Sequence record: SRR20825010_1128
DNA: 34,201 bases
Reading direction: 5' to 3' (one strand)
The position numbers and the translations under genes were made by a program. The notes beneath the pieces were generated by a model. That model made no database searches, was not told the origin of the DNA, and was given only the letters and a program-made list of their open reading frames with translations. Each line of letters starts with the position of its first letter. The first letter of the stretch is position 1. Shown here piece by piece: positions 19,051 to 27,301 of this stretch.

Positions 19051-20868
19051 ATGCAAAAGCCTGACAAAACAGCCAACATGCCAGGGACTTTTTCCAAAGA
19101 GGCAGACCTGCCCCGAGTTAAACTTCCTGGATTGCACCAGAGTGCGGAGCACTTTCTCGACTGGTGTCGCCCCTTGCTCACCAGCGCAGAGTATCAGGAA
19201 ACCGTTACATCCGTGGCAGAATTCCTGAAGTCTGATAGTCCCTCACACACACTGTACTCAGCACTTGAGGCGTTCGATCAGCGCAGCGACGTATACAGTT
19301 GGCTCGACAAGTTCTGGCAATACCGATATCTGGGACGGCGTGACCGAATCGCCCTCAACGCCAATTTCTTCTTTCTTTTCAAGGAAACCGGAGAACCTTC
19401 TGTTCATCGGGCGGCAACGCTGGTTGATCGTGCGGTAGCCTATAAACAAGCGCTTGATTCAGGTCAGGTTCCGGTGCACATGCAGCGGGGAGCTCCCCTA
19501 TCCATGCGCCAGCACCAGTTTCTGTTTTCAACCACACGTATCCCCGGGGACCCGCTTGATACCGTACGCGCGCCATACACACCAGAGTGGCCGGGGCCGT
19601 CCAGTGCGCGGCATATTCTGGTGTTCCGTTACGGGCGAATGTTTCGAATGGACGTGCTGGACGTCGACGGTCAACAAATACCACAGCGTAAGATTCAGTC
19701 CGCAATCGAGATTATTCTGGCGGCTTCAGAGACACATGCAGCTGTGGACATGTCGGTTGGTCATCTGACGACCAAAGCCCGTGCCGAATGGGCAGAAAGT
19801 CGGCAACAGCTGCTGAGCATTTCCCCGATCAACGGCGAGTCTCTGGACAGTATTGAACGTGCCTTGTTCTGTCTGTGCCTGGACGACATTCAGCCCCAAA
19901 CCACCCTTGAAGCGTGCAACCAGTTGCTCAGAGGTAATGGCGGTAATCGCTGGTTCGACAAATCTCTATCCCTGGTAGTCATGGAGGACGGTAACGCCGG
20001 CATCAACATCGAACACTGTGAACTGGATGGCACGACCGCACTAAGCTTGGTAGACAGTCTAATGGAGACTCCTACAAACCCATCGAACTCATTGGGGCAG
20101 GACAACGACAGCTCCCCTACGCTGATATCACCCGTTGAATTCGTCCTGAATGACGCATTGAGAAAAGACATTCGGGAAGCCGCTACAGAATTCTCACATT
20201 ACGCAGCTAGCATGACATCTACCACGGTTTCACTGGACACTTTTGGAGCCAATCGAGCAAAACAGCTTCACGTCTCTCCGGATGCTTTGGTGCAATTGGC
20301 TTTCCAACTCGCCCATTACCGTGCGAAAGGTTTTATCGGGCCCACTTACGAGTCAATCGCCACCCGTCAGTACCGTCATGGGCGGACCGAGGCCATGCGC
20401 GTCGTCACTCCTGAAATACTTCAGCTTGTCATGGCTATGGAAAGCTGCGACACCAGCGACGAAGAATGTCGCAGCGCACTAGTGGCAGCAGCAAAAGCGC
20501 ATGTCGCAAGAGCAAAATCCTGCCAGATGGGTGACGCACCGGAACAGCTTTTATGGGAACTACAGCTCATACAACAGCGCGATGGCAAGCGTCTCGGCGC
20601 GCACCGACCACTGGCACTTTATGACTCTCCGGGCTGGCTCACAATGAGAACAGACGCCCTGAGTACCAGCTCGGCACCTTCAGAACACATTCAACATTTT
20701 GGGTTTGGTTCAACCAGTGAAACCTGCATTGGGGTGGGATATGTATTACTGCCAGGCAGTCTCAGAATCTACTTAAGCACAGCGAATACGGTTGCCAGCG
20801 AAATGGACGCTTTTGCCGAATCAATTCCCAAGGCGCTCGATGAGCTCTGCAACCTGCTGCAGCCATAG
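19051..20868 (+). CDS. Choline/carnitine O-acyltransferase family protein
   Basis: LPRV.LP N-terminus, NRWFDKS, catalytic EHCELDG, SPDA.VQLAFQLA, TYESIATRQY.HGRTE, LSTSS motifs; ATG 2 nt after the methyltransferase stop. Confidence 0.92.
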   Translation: MQKPDKTANMPGTFSKEADLPRVKLPGLHQSAEHFLDWCRPLLTSAEYQETVTSVAEFLKSDSPSHTLYSALEAFDQRSDVYSWLDKFWQYRYLGRRDRIALNANFFFLFKETGEPSVHRAATLVDRAVAYKQALDSGQVPVHMQRGAPLSMRQHQFLFSTTRIPGDPLDTVRAPYTPEWPGPSSARHILVFRYGRMFRMDVLDVDGQQIPQRKIQSAIEIILAASETHAAVDMSVGHLTTKARAEWAESRQQLLSISPINGESLDSIERALFCLCLDDIQPQTTLEACNQLLRGNGGNRWFDKSLSLVVMEDGNAGINIEHCELDGTTALSLVDSLMETPTNPSNSLGQDNDSSPTLISPVEFVLNDALRKDIREAATEFSHYAASMTSTTVSLDTFGANRAKQLHVSPDALVQLAFQLAHYRAKGFIGPTYESIATRQYRHGRTEAMRVVTPEILQLVMAMESCDTSDEECRSALVAAAKAHVARAKSCQMGDAPEQLLWELQLIQQRDGKRLGAHRPLALYDSPGWLTMRTDALSTSSAPSEHIQHFGFGSTSETCIGVGYVLLPGSLRIYLSTANTVASEMDAFAESIPKALDELCNLLQP

Positions 20869-20890
20869 GCTTATTGTTCCTGGGTGGCTG

Positions 20891-20950
20891 GCCCAGCTCT
20901 TAGTATGAGCTGGGCGTTCAAGTGTTTCGCTAACTCACCAAGCGCCCAGC
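20891..20950. terminator. Hairpin(s) between convergent genes
   Basis: GCCCAGCTC-N7-GAGCTGGGC (20891-20915); the 3' arm can alternatively pair with AGCGCCCAGC (20941-50). Confidence 0.5.
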
Positions 20951-20960
20951 CATTGATCAA

Positions 20961-21563
20961 TCAAGCAGGTAAATCCGTTATCTTGTCCACAACTGCGGCG
21001 TAAAGATCCCTCGTTGAAGCCAATGCGCCGTCATGCACTTCCTGCGCGGACAGTACCTTGCCATTTGCCGCCTTCAGGGAGCGGGTGGCCGTTGCACTGG
21101 CGACCACGGTAGGTGCATACCCCAGGTTGAACCCACCATGGGCGGTTGAGTTGATGCACATGTGCGTCATAAACCCTGCAAGGATGAGGTTTTTAATACC
21201 CTTAGCTTTGAGCTGTTCATCCAGATCGGTTTGCACAAACGAATTTGGAAAGTTTTTGGTAATAACCGGCTCGCCGTCTTTCGGCGCAACCGCGTCAGCA
21301 ATGGCGCCAATGCGAGCACTAACGTCATAGGGTGAGCCTGGGCCAGCATCGTGGCGAATATGAAACACCGGGATACCTTCGCCGCGGGCCAGTTCCAGAA
21401 GTTTCCGGCCCTCTTCCATGGCTTTGTCAGCCCCCTCAAGCTTCATGACGCCTTCAAGGTAGGTATTCTGGTAGTCGATCATGATCAGAGCAGATTCGGA
21501 AAGACTTGATGGGGCCAGGCTAAGGCCGTTCAGCTCTCTGAGCGTTGTTGATGCTGAGGTCAT
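20961..21563 (-). CDS. Cysteine hydrolase (isochorismatase family)
   Basis: ALIMIDYQN (Asp), ITKNFPNSF (Lys), AGFMTHMCINST (Cys) triad; GGAG RBS. Confidence 0.92.
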   Translation of the reverse strand: MTSASTTLRELNGLSLAPSSLSESALIMIDYQNTYLEGVMKLEGADKAMEEGRKLLELARGEGIPVFHIRHDAGPGSPYDVSARIGAIADAVAPKDGEPVITKNFPNSFVQTDLDEQLKAKGIKNLILAGFMTHMCINSTAHGGFNLGYAPTVVASATATRSLKAANGKVLSAQEVHDGALASTRDLYAAVVDKITDLPA

Positions 21564-21730
21564 TGGTGTTCTCCAGCGTCCGGCGTTTGGTTCTAAAGCA
21601 CGAGCGTATTCGATATGGCTCGTGCAGTCTATGAGACGAAGAAGCCGTTTCTATGAGTCTTTAGCACTACCTCGCTTTAGAATCAGATCGTTTTCACCAA
21701 TCGCTGCTCACAGGCAACATGACTATCGGT

Positions 21731-23482
21731 CTAGAACCGCGACCGCCCCCGCAATAGCACCTGCACCTGGTCAACGCTGTCGCCTCCCGCCAGCGGGAAG
21801 GCAAAGTCCAGGTGCAGCATTCGCTGTACTTCTATCCGGCTTGAAGCCAACCTGAGGCCAAAACCCACATCTGTCAGTACGCCGTCATCGGGTCCGTTAT
21901 TGCGACCATCATCAAACCAGGCTCTGCCTACATCGGTGAAAATCACACCCCCCATGCGAAACAGCTCGAAAGGGTGCCAGTCCGGGAAGTAACGGCGCTC
22001 CAGTGTCCACAGCGCTCTTCTGTTGCCCTGCTGGTAGTTGCTCGGATAACCACGAAGGCCGTTGTCACCGCCAATAAGAAGCTGTTGATCCACGGTCAAA
22101 TTGTGCGCTGCCGTGAACGACAGGTTGGTGTACCAACTGTTCCAGTCCACTGCCCCGCCATGAAAGTACTCCAGGCTCAGGGTTCCGATAAGGTTCTCGA
22201 AACGGTGCTGGTCAAATCGCCAGGTGCCGCTCTGACTGAACCCGTAGCTGGCGTAGTTGGTGTCAGTGGCCAGCAAAGCATCCCGGAAGTCCATATTCAG
22301 TACGGCGCGGTCTTCCGTCGCTCCAAGTCCCGGCGAGGAGTACCCCAGCTCGGTACGCCACACAAAGCCGTCCCGCACGTCCTCGACCCGTTGCAGACGA
22401 GTCAGGTTTGTCATTTCCCGGAAGCGGTTCTCACGGTAGTCAAACCCGACCCATGGGTAGCTCAGTGTCCGATCATCGGGCAGAAGGTCCAGATTGGTTT
22501 CATCCGGTAAGCGCTCAAACGCCCGGGCATCGTAGCGAAAACCGGCAAGCAGTCTTAACTGGCTGCCATTGCGTTCTGCCAGTCGCCAGCCGACATCAAC
22601 ACTGGCAAAATCGCGGTCCTGCCGATAGTCCGCAATTGCCTCCGCCCCCACATAGCGGGATTGTTCGCGAATGTCATCCTCACCACTCAGGCCAAATCGC
22701 CACTCCGCCAGCTCACTGTAGAATGGACGCTCAAGGTAGGCACTGCGACCGCGCCCATCACTGCGCTTATCGTAGGAAAGGCCTGCCTGCCAATGGGAGC
22801 CAAGCACGTTCGGATCGTCGAAATCGACACTGGTCTCGCTGCGGTCGGCATCTTTTTTGTGGGAAATCCCCACGCTCTTGCCGGAACCCAGGAAATTCGG
22901 ATCAGAAAGGCCGGTGTTGGTTTTATTCTCGCCTCCCGTCCTGGAAGCACCAACGCTCGGCAGTAACGTCCAGGTGTCACGTGCAAGGACAGTGACTTCC
23001 AGCTCATTCCCGCAAACGCGGGTAACACCGATCCACGCGGCCGTCAGGTACTCACTCTGCCGCAGTATTCGTTCGGATTCGTCCAGCGTACCCGGTTGGT
23101 AAACGTCACCTTCGTCGAACACCAACTGGGCACGCAGGGCCGATTTCCAGGTCGGGGTATTTAGAGCGTTCAGCGTGCGATAAAGAAAGTTGTCCTGTTC
23201 AGGATCGCTGGTATCGAAGATCGGGCGCCGAATAATGTTTACCCGGCCGATGCGGGCACCCTCTGGAATGTCCAGATCACTCTGGCGAGCCAGTTGATCC
23301 CGGGGCTGGTCAAGATCAATGGCGTCCGGCTGGATTTCGCTGACAATACAATTGTCGGTGTCAATTTGCGCCCAAGCGATCTGACTGAAAGAGAGAGTCC
23401 CAGCAATAAAGAGGGCTCGGCTTTGGAGCCGGAGGACACTATCGAGGCATTGAGTACGGGTCATCGTCTGGCCACAGAACAC
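21731..23482 (-). CDS. Omp85 (BamA/TamA-like) outer-membrane protein
   Basis: POTRA-like ESERILR segment, N.LG.G, GLRGY loop-6 motif, FTDVGRAW, GFGLR, C-terminal Phe; start may be ATG 23464. Confidence 0.82.
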   Translation of the reverse strand: MFCGQTMTRTQCLDSVLRLQSRALFIAGTLSFSQIAWAQIDTDNCIVSEIQPDAIDLDQPRDQLARQSDLDIPEGARIGRVNIIRRPIFDTSDPEQDNFLYRTLNALNTPTWKSALRAQLVFDEGDVYQPGTLDESERILRQSEYLTAAWIGVTRVCGNELEVTVLARDTWTLLPSVGASRTGGENKTNTGLSDPNFLGSGKSVGISHKKDADRSETSVDFDDPNVLGSHWQAGLSYDKRSDGRGRSAYLERPFYSELAEWRFGLSGEDDIREQSRYVGAEAIADYRQDRDFASVDVGWRLAERNGSQLRLLAGFRYDARAFERLPDETNLDLLPDDRTLSYPWVGFDYRENRFREMTNLTRLQRVEDVRDGFVWRTELGYSSPGLGATEDRAVLNMDFRDALLATDTNYASYGFSQSGTWRFDQHRFENLIGTLSLEYFHGGAVDWNSWYTNLSFTAAHNLTVDQQLLIGGDNGLRGYPSNYQQGNRRALWTLERRYFPDWHPFELFRMGGVIFTDVGRAWFDDGRNNGPDDGVLTDVGFGLRLASSRIEVQRMLHLDFAFPLAGGDSVDQVQVLLRGRSRF

Positions 23483-23594
23483 GGAAACTCACTATGGTGT
23501 TGATGTTACCCCACTATAGTGCCGATTCAGGTGTTCGTCCGGGATACTCGCATAAAACACCGTCCATACGTCCTGTACGTCATTGGTTAAAAGC

Positions 23595-23969
23595 TTATTC
23601 AACCAATCCGGACTGCGGGACAAGGCAGTTCATCGCGCTGAGGGCGACATCTCGGAACACCTGTTCCGAGGCGATCACACTCGGAAAACGATCATAAACC
23701 GCACGTCGGCAGGCCGATGTACGGGCCTCCCCTTCACTGACGCACGTCGAATGAGCCCCGGAGTCCGAATCCTGTCCAGTCGCGTCCTCACACAACACGG
23801 GGAGTTGGCGAACGACCCAGTCCATGGCTACGCTAAGTTCGACTGGATTATCCGCAAGGTTGGCAAAACGGCGGGCATCCACGGGTTGCGGGCGCTCCCG
23901 GGTCTGCTCCCAAAGTACGAACAACAGGGCTGCGGAAACCAATACGACCGTGACTTTTGGAAACTTCAT
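23595..23969 (-). CDS. Hypothetical exported or membrane-anchored protein with 4 Cys
   Basis: N-terminal hydrophobic stretch; gene-like ORF with GAAGG upstream. Confidence 0.65.
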   Translation of the reverse strand: MKFPKVTVVLVSAALLFVLWEQTRERPQPVDARRFANLADNPVELSVAMDWVVRQLPVLCEDATGQDSDSGAHSTCVSEGEARTSACRRAVYDRFPSVIASEQVFRDVALSAMNCLVPQSGLVE

Positions 23970-24079
23970 GGGGCCTTCTCAATCCGGTAAAACAGGCTCC
24001 GGATGATAAACGCTTGAGGCTGCCCTGTCCCGGTTTGCGCAACTATACTGTCTGGAATTTCTCAACGGAGCATGGGTAA

Positions 24080-24649
24080 ATGGCAACACTGATCGTTGGT
24101 CTGGTTTTATTTCTTGGCGTGCACTCTCTGTCCATCGTCAACGAACCGCTGCGCAATCGCCTGCACAACTCCCTTGGCGAAGGGGCGTTCAAGGGGCTTT
24201 ACTCGCTGGCCGCATTGGTCGGTCTGGTTCTGATCGTTTGGGGGTATGGCAACGCCCGCCTCGACCCGACCGTCATTTACACATCTCCAGGCTGGCTCCG
24301 GCACCTGGCCATGCTCCTTCTGATTCCGGTCTTTCCCCTACTGCTGGCCACCTATTTTCCGGGCAAGATCAAGGCAAAACTTGGGCACCCCATGCTCGTC
24401 GCGGTCAAGCTCTGGGCTTTGGCTCACTTACTCGCGAACGGGATGCTGCACGACCTGTTGCTGTTCGGCTCTTTCCTGGCCTGGGCCGTGGTGGATCGGA
24501 TCTCCTTGAAACGCAGAACCCAGCGGCCGATTGCGACCCTGCCGGCCAGCAAAGCGAACGATGCCATAGCGGTTGTTGGTGGCCTCGCGGTTTATGCGGT
24601 GCTGGTAATGTGGGCTCACCAATGGCTCTTCGGGGTGGCGCCAGTGTGA
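24080..24649 (+). CDS. nnrU: NnrU-family membrane protein
   Basis: GL.LFLG.HS, KGLYSL, HPML..VKLWA.AHLL.NG, H.WLFGV.P motifs. Confidence 0.88.
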   Translation: MATLIVGLVLFLGVHSLSIVNEPLRNRLHNSLGEGAFKGLYSLAALVGLVLIVWGYGNARLDPTVIYTSPGWLRHLAMLLLIPVFPLLLATYFPGKIKAKLGHPMLVAVKLWALAHLLANGMLHDLLLFGSFLAWAVVDRISLKRRTQRPIATLPASKANDAIAVVGGLAVYAVLVMWAHQWLFGVAPV

Positions 24650-24653
24650 CACC

Positions 24654-25547
24654 CTAAACACGCAACTCTGGCAGGTGGCTGGCCAAATGCCCTAGTTTGT
24701 CCGGGTTGCGCACGACATAGACCGACTGGATACGGCCATCCACCACATCCAGTGTCGTGATCTGTGGCAGCCCATCCTGTTCGATGGTCAACCATCCCGG
24801 TAGCCCATTCACGAAAACGGCTTTAACCCACCGAGGGCTGGGCGATGCAGACTTGCGCGCCACGCCTTCAAAGAACCGGCTGATCCTGTCGGCACCAAGA
24901 ATCAGGCGCCGCGCTGCAATCCTCTTTCCCCCACCATCGGTATGCAGTATGGCGTTCTCACTCAGCAGCGCCTTCAACGTTGCCACATCGCCACTGCGGG
25001 CGGCGTCGAAGAATCGATCGGTCAACTGATTATGCTCGCTTGAACTCACCTTATAGCGCGGGCGCTCAGCCTGCACACGTTTCCGGGCGCGGCTTGCGAG
25101 TTGGCGGCAACTGGCTTCACTGCGTTCCAGGCTCACAGCGACCTGGCTGAAATCCAGCCCAAATACATCGTGCAACAGGAATGCAGCACGTTCCAGGGGA
25201 GACAACCGCTCCAGCGCCAGCATCAGGGCAAAGGACACATCACTGGCAAGCGCCTCGGCGCCCGCCGGAGTGTCCTGACTTTCGACTATAGGTTCCGGCA
25301 GCCAGGGACCATCATAGACCTCCCGCTGCCGATGAGCGGCGCGAAGGCGATCAAGACAAAGCCGGCTGGTGACCATGGTCAGGTAGGCCCGCACATCATC
25401 GACTGACAGGTGATCGGCATGGTGCCAACGCAGGTATGCATCCTGCACCACATCCTCTGCCTCCGTCACCGAACCCAGCATGCGGTACGCGACGCCTGTC
25501 AGGTATCGGCGCCAGTGATCAAACTGATGCGCGGGCTGTTCATTCAT
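24654..25547 (-). CDS. sigJ: ECF41 / SigJ-type sigma factor with C-terminal SnoaL-like domain
   Basis: AYRMLGS..EAEDVVQD, GPWLPEP, DGGGK and RNPDKL, the ECF41 signature motifs. Confidence 0.92.
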   Translation of the reverse strand: MNEQPAHQFDHWRRYLTGVAYRMLGSVTEAEDVVQDAYLRWHHADHLSVDDVRAYLTMVTSRLCLDRLRAAHRQREVYDGPWLPEPIVESQDTPAGAEALASDVSFALMLALERLSPLERAAFLLHDVFGLDFSQVAVSLERSEASCRQLASRARKRVQAERPRYKVSSSEHNQLTDRFFDAARSGDVATLKALLSENAILHTDGGGKRIAARRLILGADRISRFFEGVARKSASPSPRWVKAVFVNGLPGWLTIEQDGLPQITTLDVVDGRIQSVYVVRNPDKLGHLASHLPELRV

Positions 25548-25572
25548 GGCAATTGGTTCCCGGCGTACTTGG

Positions 25573-26025
25573 TTACAGTTTACGGTCATTCGGGTGAACC
25601 GCCCGAAAGCCCACGCTGATCCGGTTCCAGACGTTGATCGCACCGATCAGCAACGTCAGGTCGACGAACTCCTTCTCGGTGAAACGCGCTCGCCCCTGCT
25701 CGTAATCCTGACTGGGGGCACCGGTGTCAGCCACGTTCGTCAGTGCTTCGGTCCAGGCCAGGGCAGCCCGCTCACGAGGTGTGTAGAGCCCGGACTCACG
25801 CCAAGCGGACAGCAGGTAGAGCCGTGCTTCACTTTCACCGGCTTTGCGGGCATCGCTGGTGTGCATGTGCAGGCAATAGGCGCAACCGTTAATCTGGGAT
25901 GCCCGGGTTTTCACCAAGTGGATGAGGCTGTGTTCCAGCCCACAACTGCCAACGTACTCCTCCAGCCGGGTCATTGCGGCGATGGCATCCGGGGAAGCCT
26001 TGTAGGCATTCAATCGCGTTTCCAT
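25573..26025 (-). CDS. Carboxymuconolactone decarboxylase / AhpD-family protein
   Basis: RASQINGCAYCLHMH (CxxC), WRES, ERAAL, IN.WNR; GAGGAG RBS. Confidence 0.93.
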   Translation of the reverse strand: METRLNAYKASPDAIAAMTRLEEYVGSCGLEHSLIHLVKTRASQINGCAYCLHMHTSDARKAGESEARLYLLSAWRESGLYTPRERAALAWTEALTNVADTGAPSQDYEQGRARFTEKEFVDLTLLIGAINVWNRISVGFRAVHPNDRKL

Positions 26026-26090
26026 TATCTTACTCCTCTGCATGGGGGGACACGAGGTGGCATCATGTCCACGTAGGTTCTACAGAGGTA

Positions 26091-26117
26091 GACGGGGCAG
26101 CCCTGATGTTTGTGACA
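26091..26117 (-). promoter_or_regulatory. ECF41-dependent promoter
   Basis: Minus strand reads TGTCACA-AACATCAGGGCTGCCC (16 nt)-CGTC, an exact match to the ECF41 consensus, upstream of the AhpD-sigJ operon. Confidence 0.85.
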
Positions 26118-26169
26118 TACAGAGACTAATTTTTAGCAGACCCTTGATAAACGGTGGTAAAACGGGACC

Positions 26170-27015
26170 ATGGCACAACCCTACTTTCTCGGCTGCCCCC
26201 AGTGGCAACATCCCGACTGGACCAGCCGACTCCCTCCCGGTCAGAGCCCACTGGCGCGTTACAGCAGTGCCCTCAATTGCGTGGAGGGCAACACCACTTT
26301 TTACGCCACGCCCAGCCAGGAACAGTGCCGACAGTGGCGGTCACAGGTGCCCGATGACTTTCGTTTTCTGTTGAAGTTTCCACGCCTGATCACTCATGAC
26401 CGTCTACTGAGTGGCGCTGGCCGCGAAGTATCGGACTTTCTTGAGATAATTGCGCCACTCAACGATGTGCTTGGCCCCATTCTTCTGCAACTTCCCGCCA
26501 GTTTCGGGCCAGAGCGTCTGGAAAACCTCTGGCGATTTATGGATGCCCTGCCCCCGACCCTGACCCGCACCGTTGAGGTTCGCCACAGTGCGTTCTTTGA
26601 CAAGGGGGAGGCCGAGAAAGCCCTGAATCGTGGCTTGAGAGAACGCCGCATTGCACGGGTGTGCATGGACAGCCGGGCACTCTTTGCCGCGACCCCGGAT
26701 AACGAGGAAACACGCGATGCACAGCGCAAAAAACCGCGAGTACCAGTGCATCTGCTCCCTGTGGATGCAGCGCCGGTGATCCGCTTTGTCGGCCATCCCG
26801 ACCTGGAGGCCAACCGTCCGTTTCTCGCACCCTGGGTTGAGCGCGCAGCTGCGTGGATCGAGGAAGGGAAACGTCCCTATATTTTCATGCACATGCCGAA
26901 CAAGGGCGATGCCCTTTCCCTGGCCGCGCTGTGGAATGAGTTGCTGAAAAAACGTGCGCCTACAGTGGACACGTTGTGCCTTGACGCCACCCGGCCACAG
27001 ATGGGGCTGTTCTGA
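26170..27015 (+). CDS. DUF72 (YecE-like) protein
   Basis: VEGNTTFYA.P, FRFLLKFP..ITH, LQLP..F, VEVRH, RFVG motifs. Confidence 0.92.
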   Translation: MAQPYFLGCPQWQHPDWTSRLPPGQSPLARYSSALNCVEGNTTFYATPSQEQCRQWRSQVPDDFRFLLKFPRLITHDRLLSGAGREVSDFLEIIAPLNDVLGPILLQLPASFGPERLENLWRFMDALPPTLTRTVEVRHSAFFDKGEAEKALNRGLRERRIARVCMDSRALFAATPDNEETRDAQRKKPRVPVHLLPVDAAPVIRFVGHPDLEANRPFLAPWVERAAAWIEEGKRPYIFMHMPNKGDALSLAALWNELLKKRAPTVDTLCLDATRPQMGLF

Positions 27016-27301
27016 AAGACACTGCGCCATTTGCTGTTTAAATTTGTAATTGCCGATAACGGCGCCGCGCCCAATCAACAGGTCTGACCATACAGGCGTT
27101 AGTATAAACGTTATAAATAACAGAAATTTAAGAAACCAAAATCGCCCCGAGAGCATGTAACGCTCAGTCTCACCGTGTATCGCTCTGTAAGCGCCAACTT
27201 CCTGACGATTCTCACCCGAAAAACCCTGAACCAGACCGCATATAACCGAAAAATGCCGCTGTAAGATTCGTCCGAACTCGTCAATAAATTGGTGCGAAAC
27301 A

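Noticed and set aside
25548-25643. N-terminal extension of the sigma factor in the ORF track
   Set aside because: Overlaps the AhpD gene; ATG 25547 gives a typical ECF41 length.
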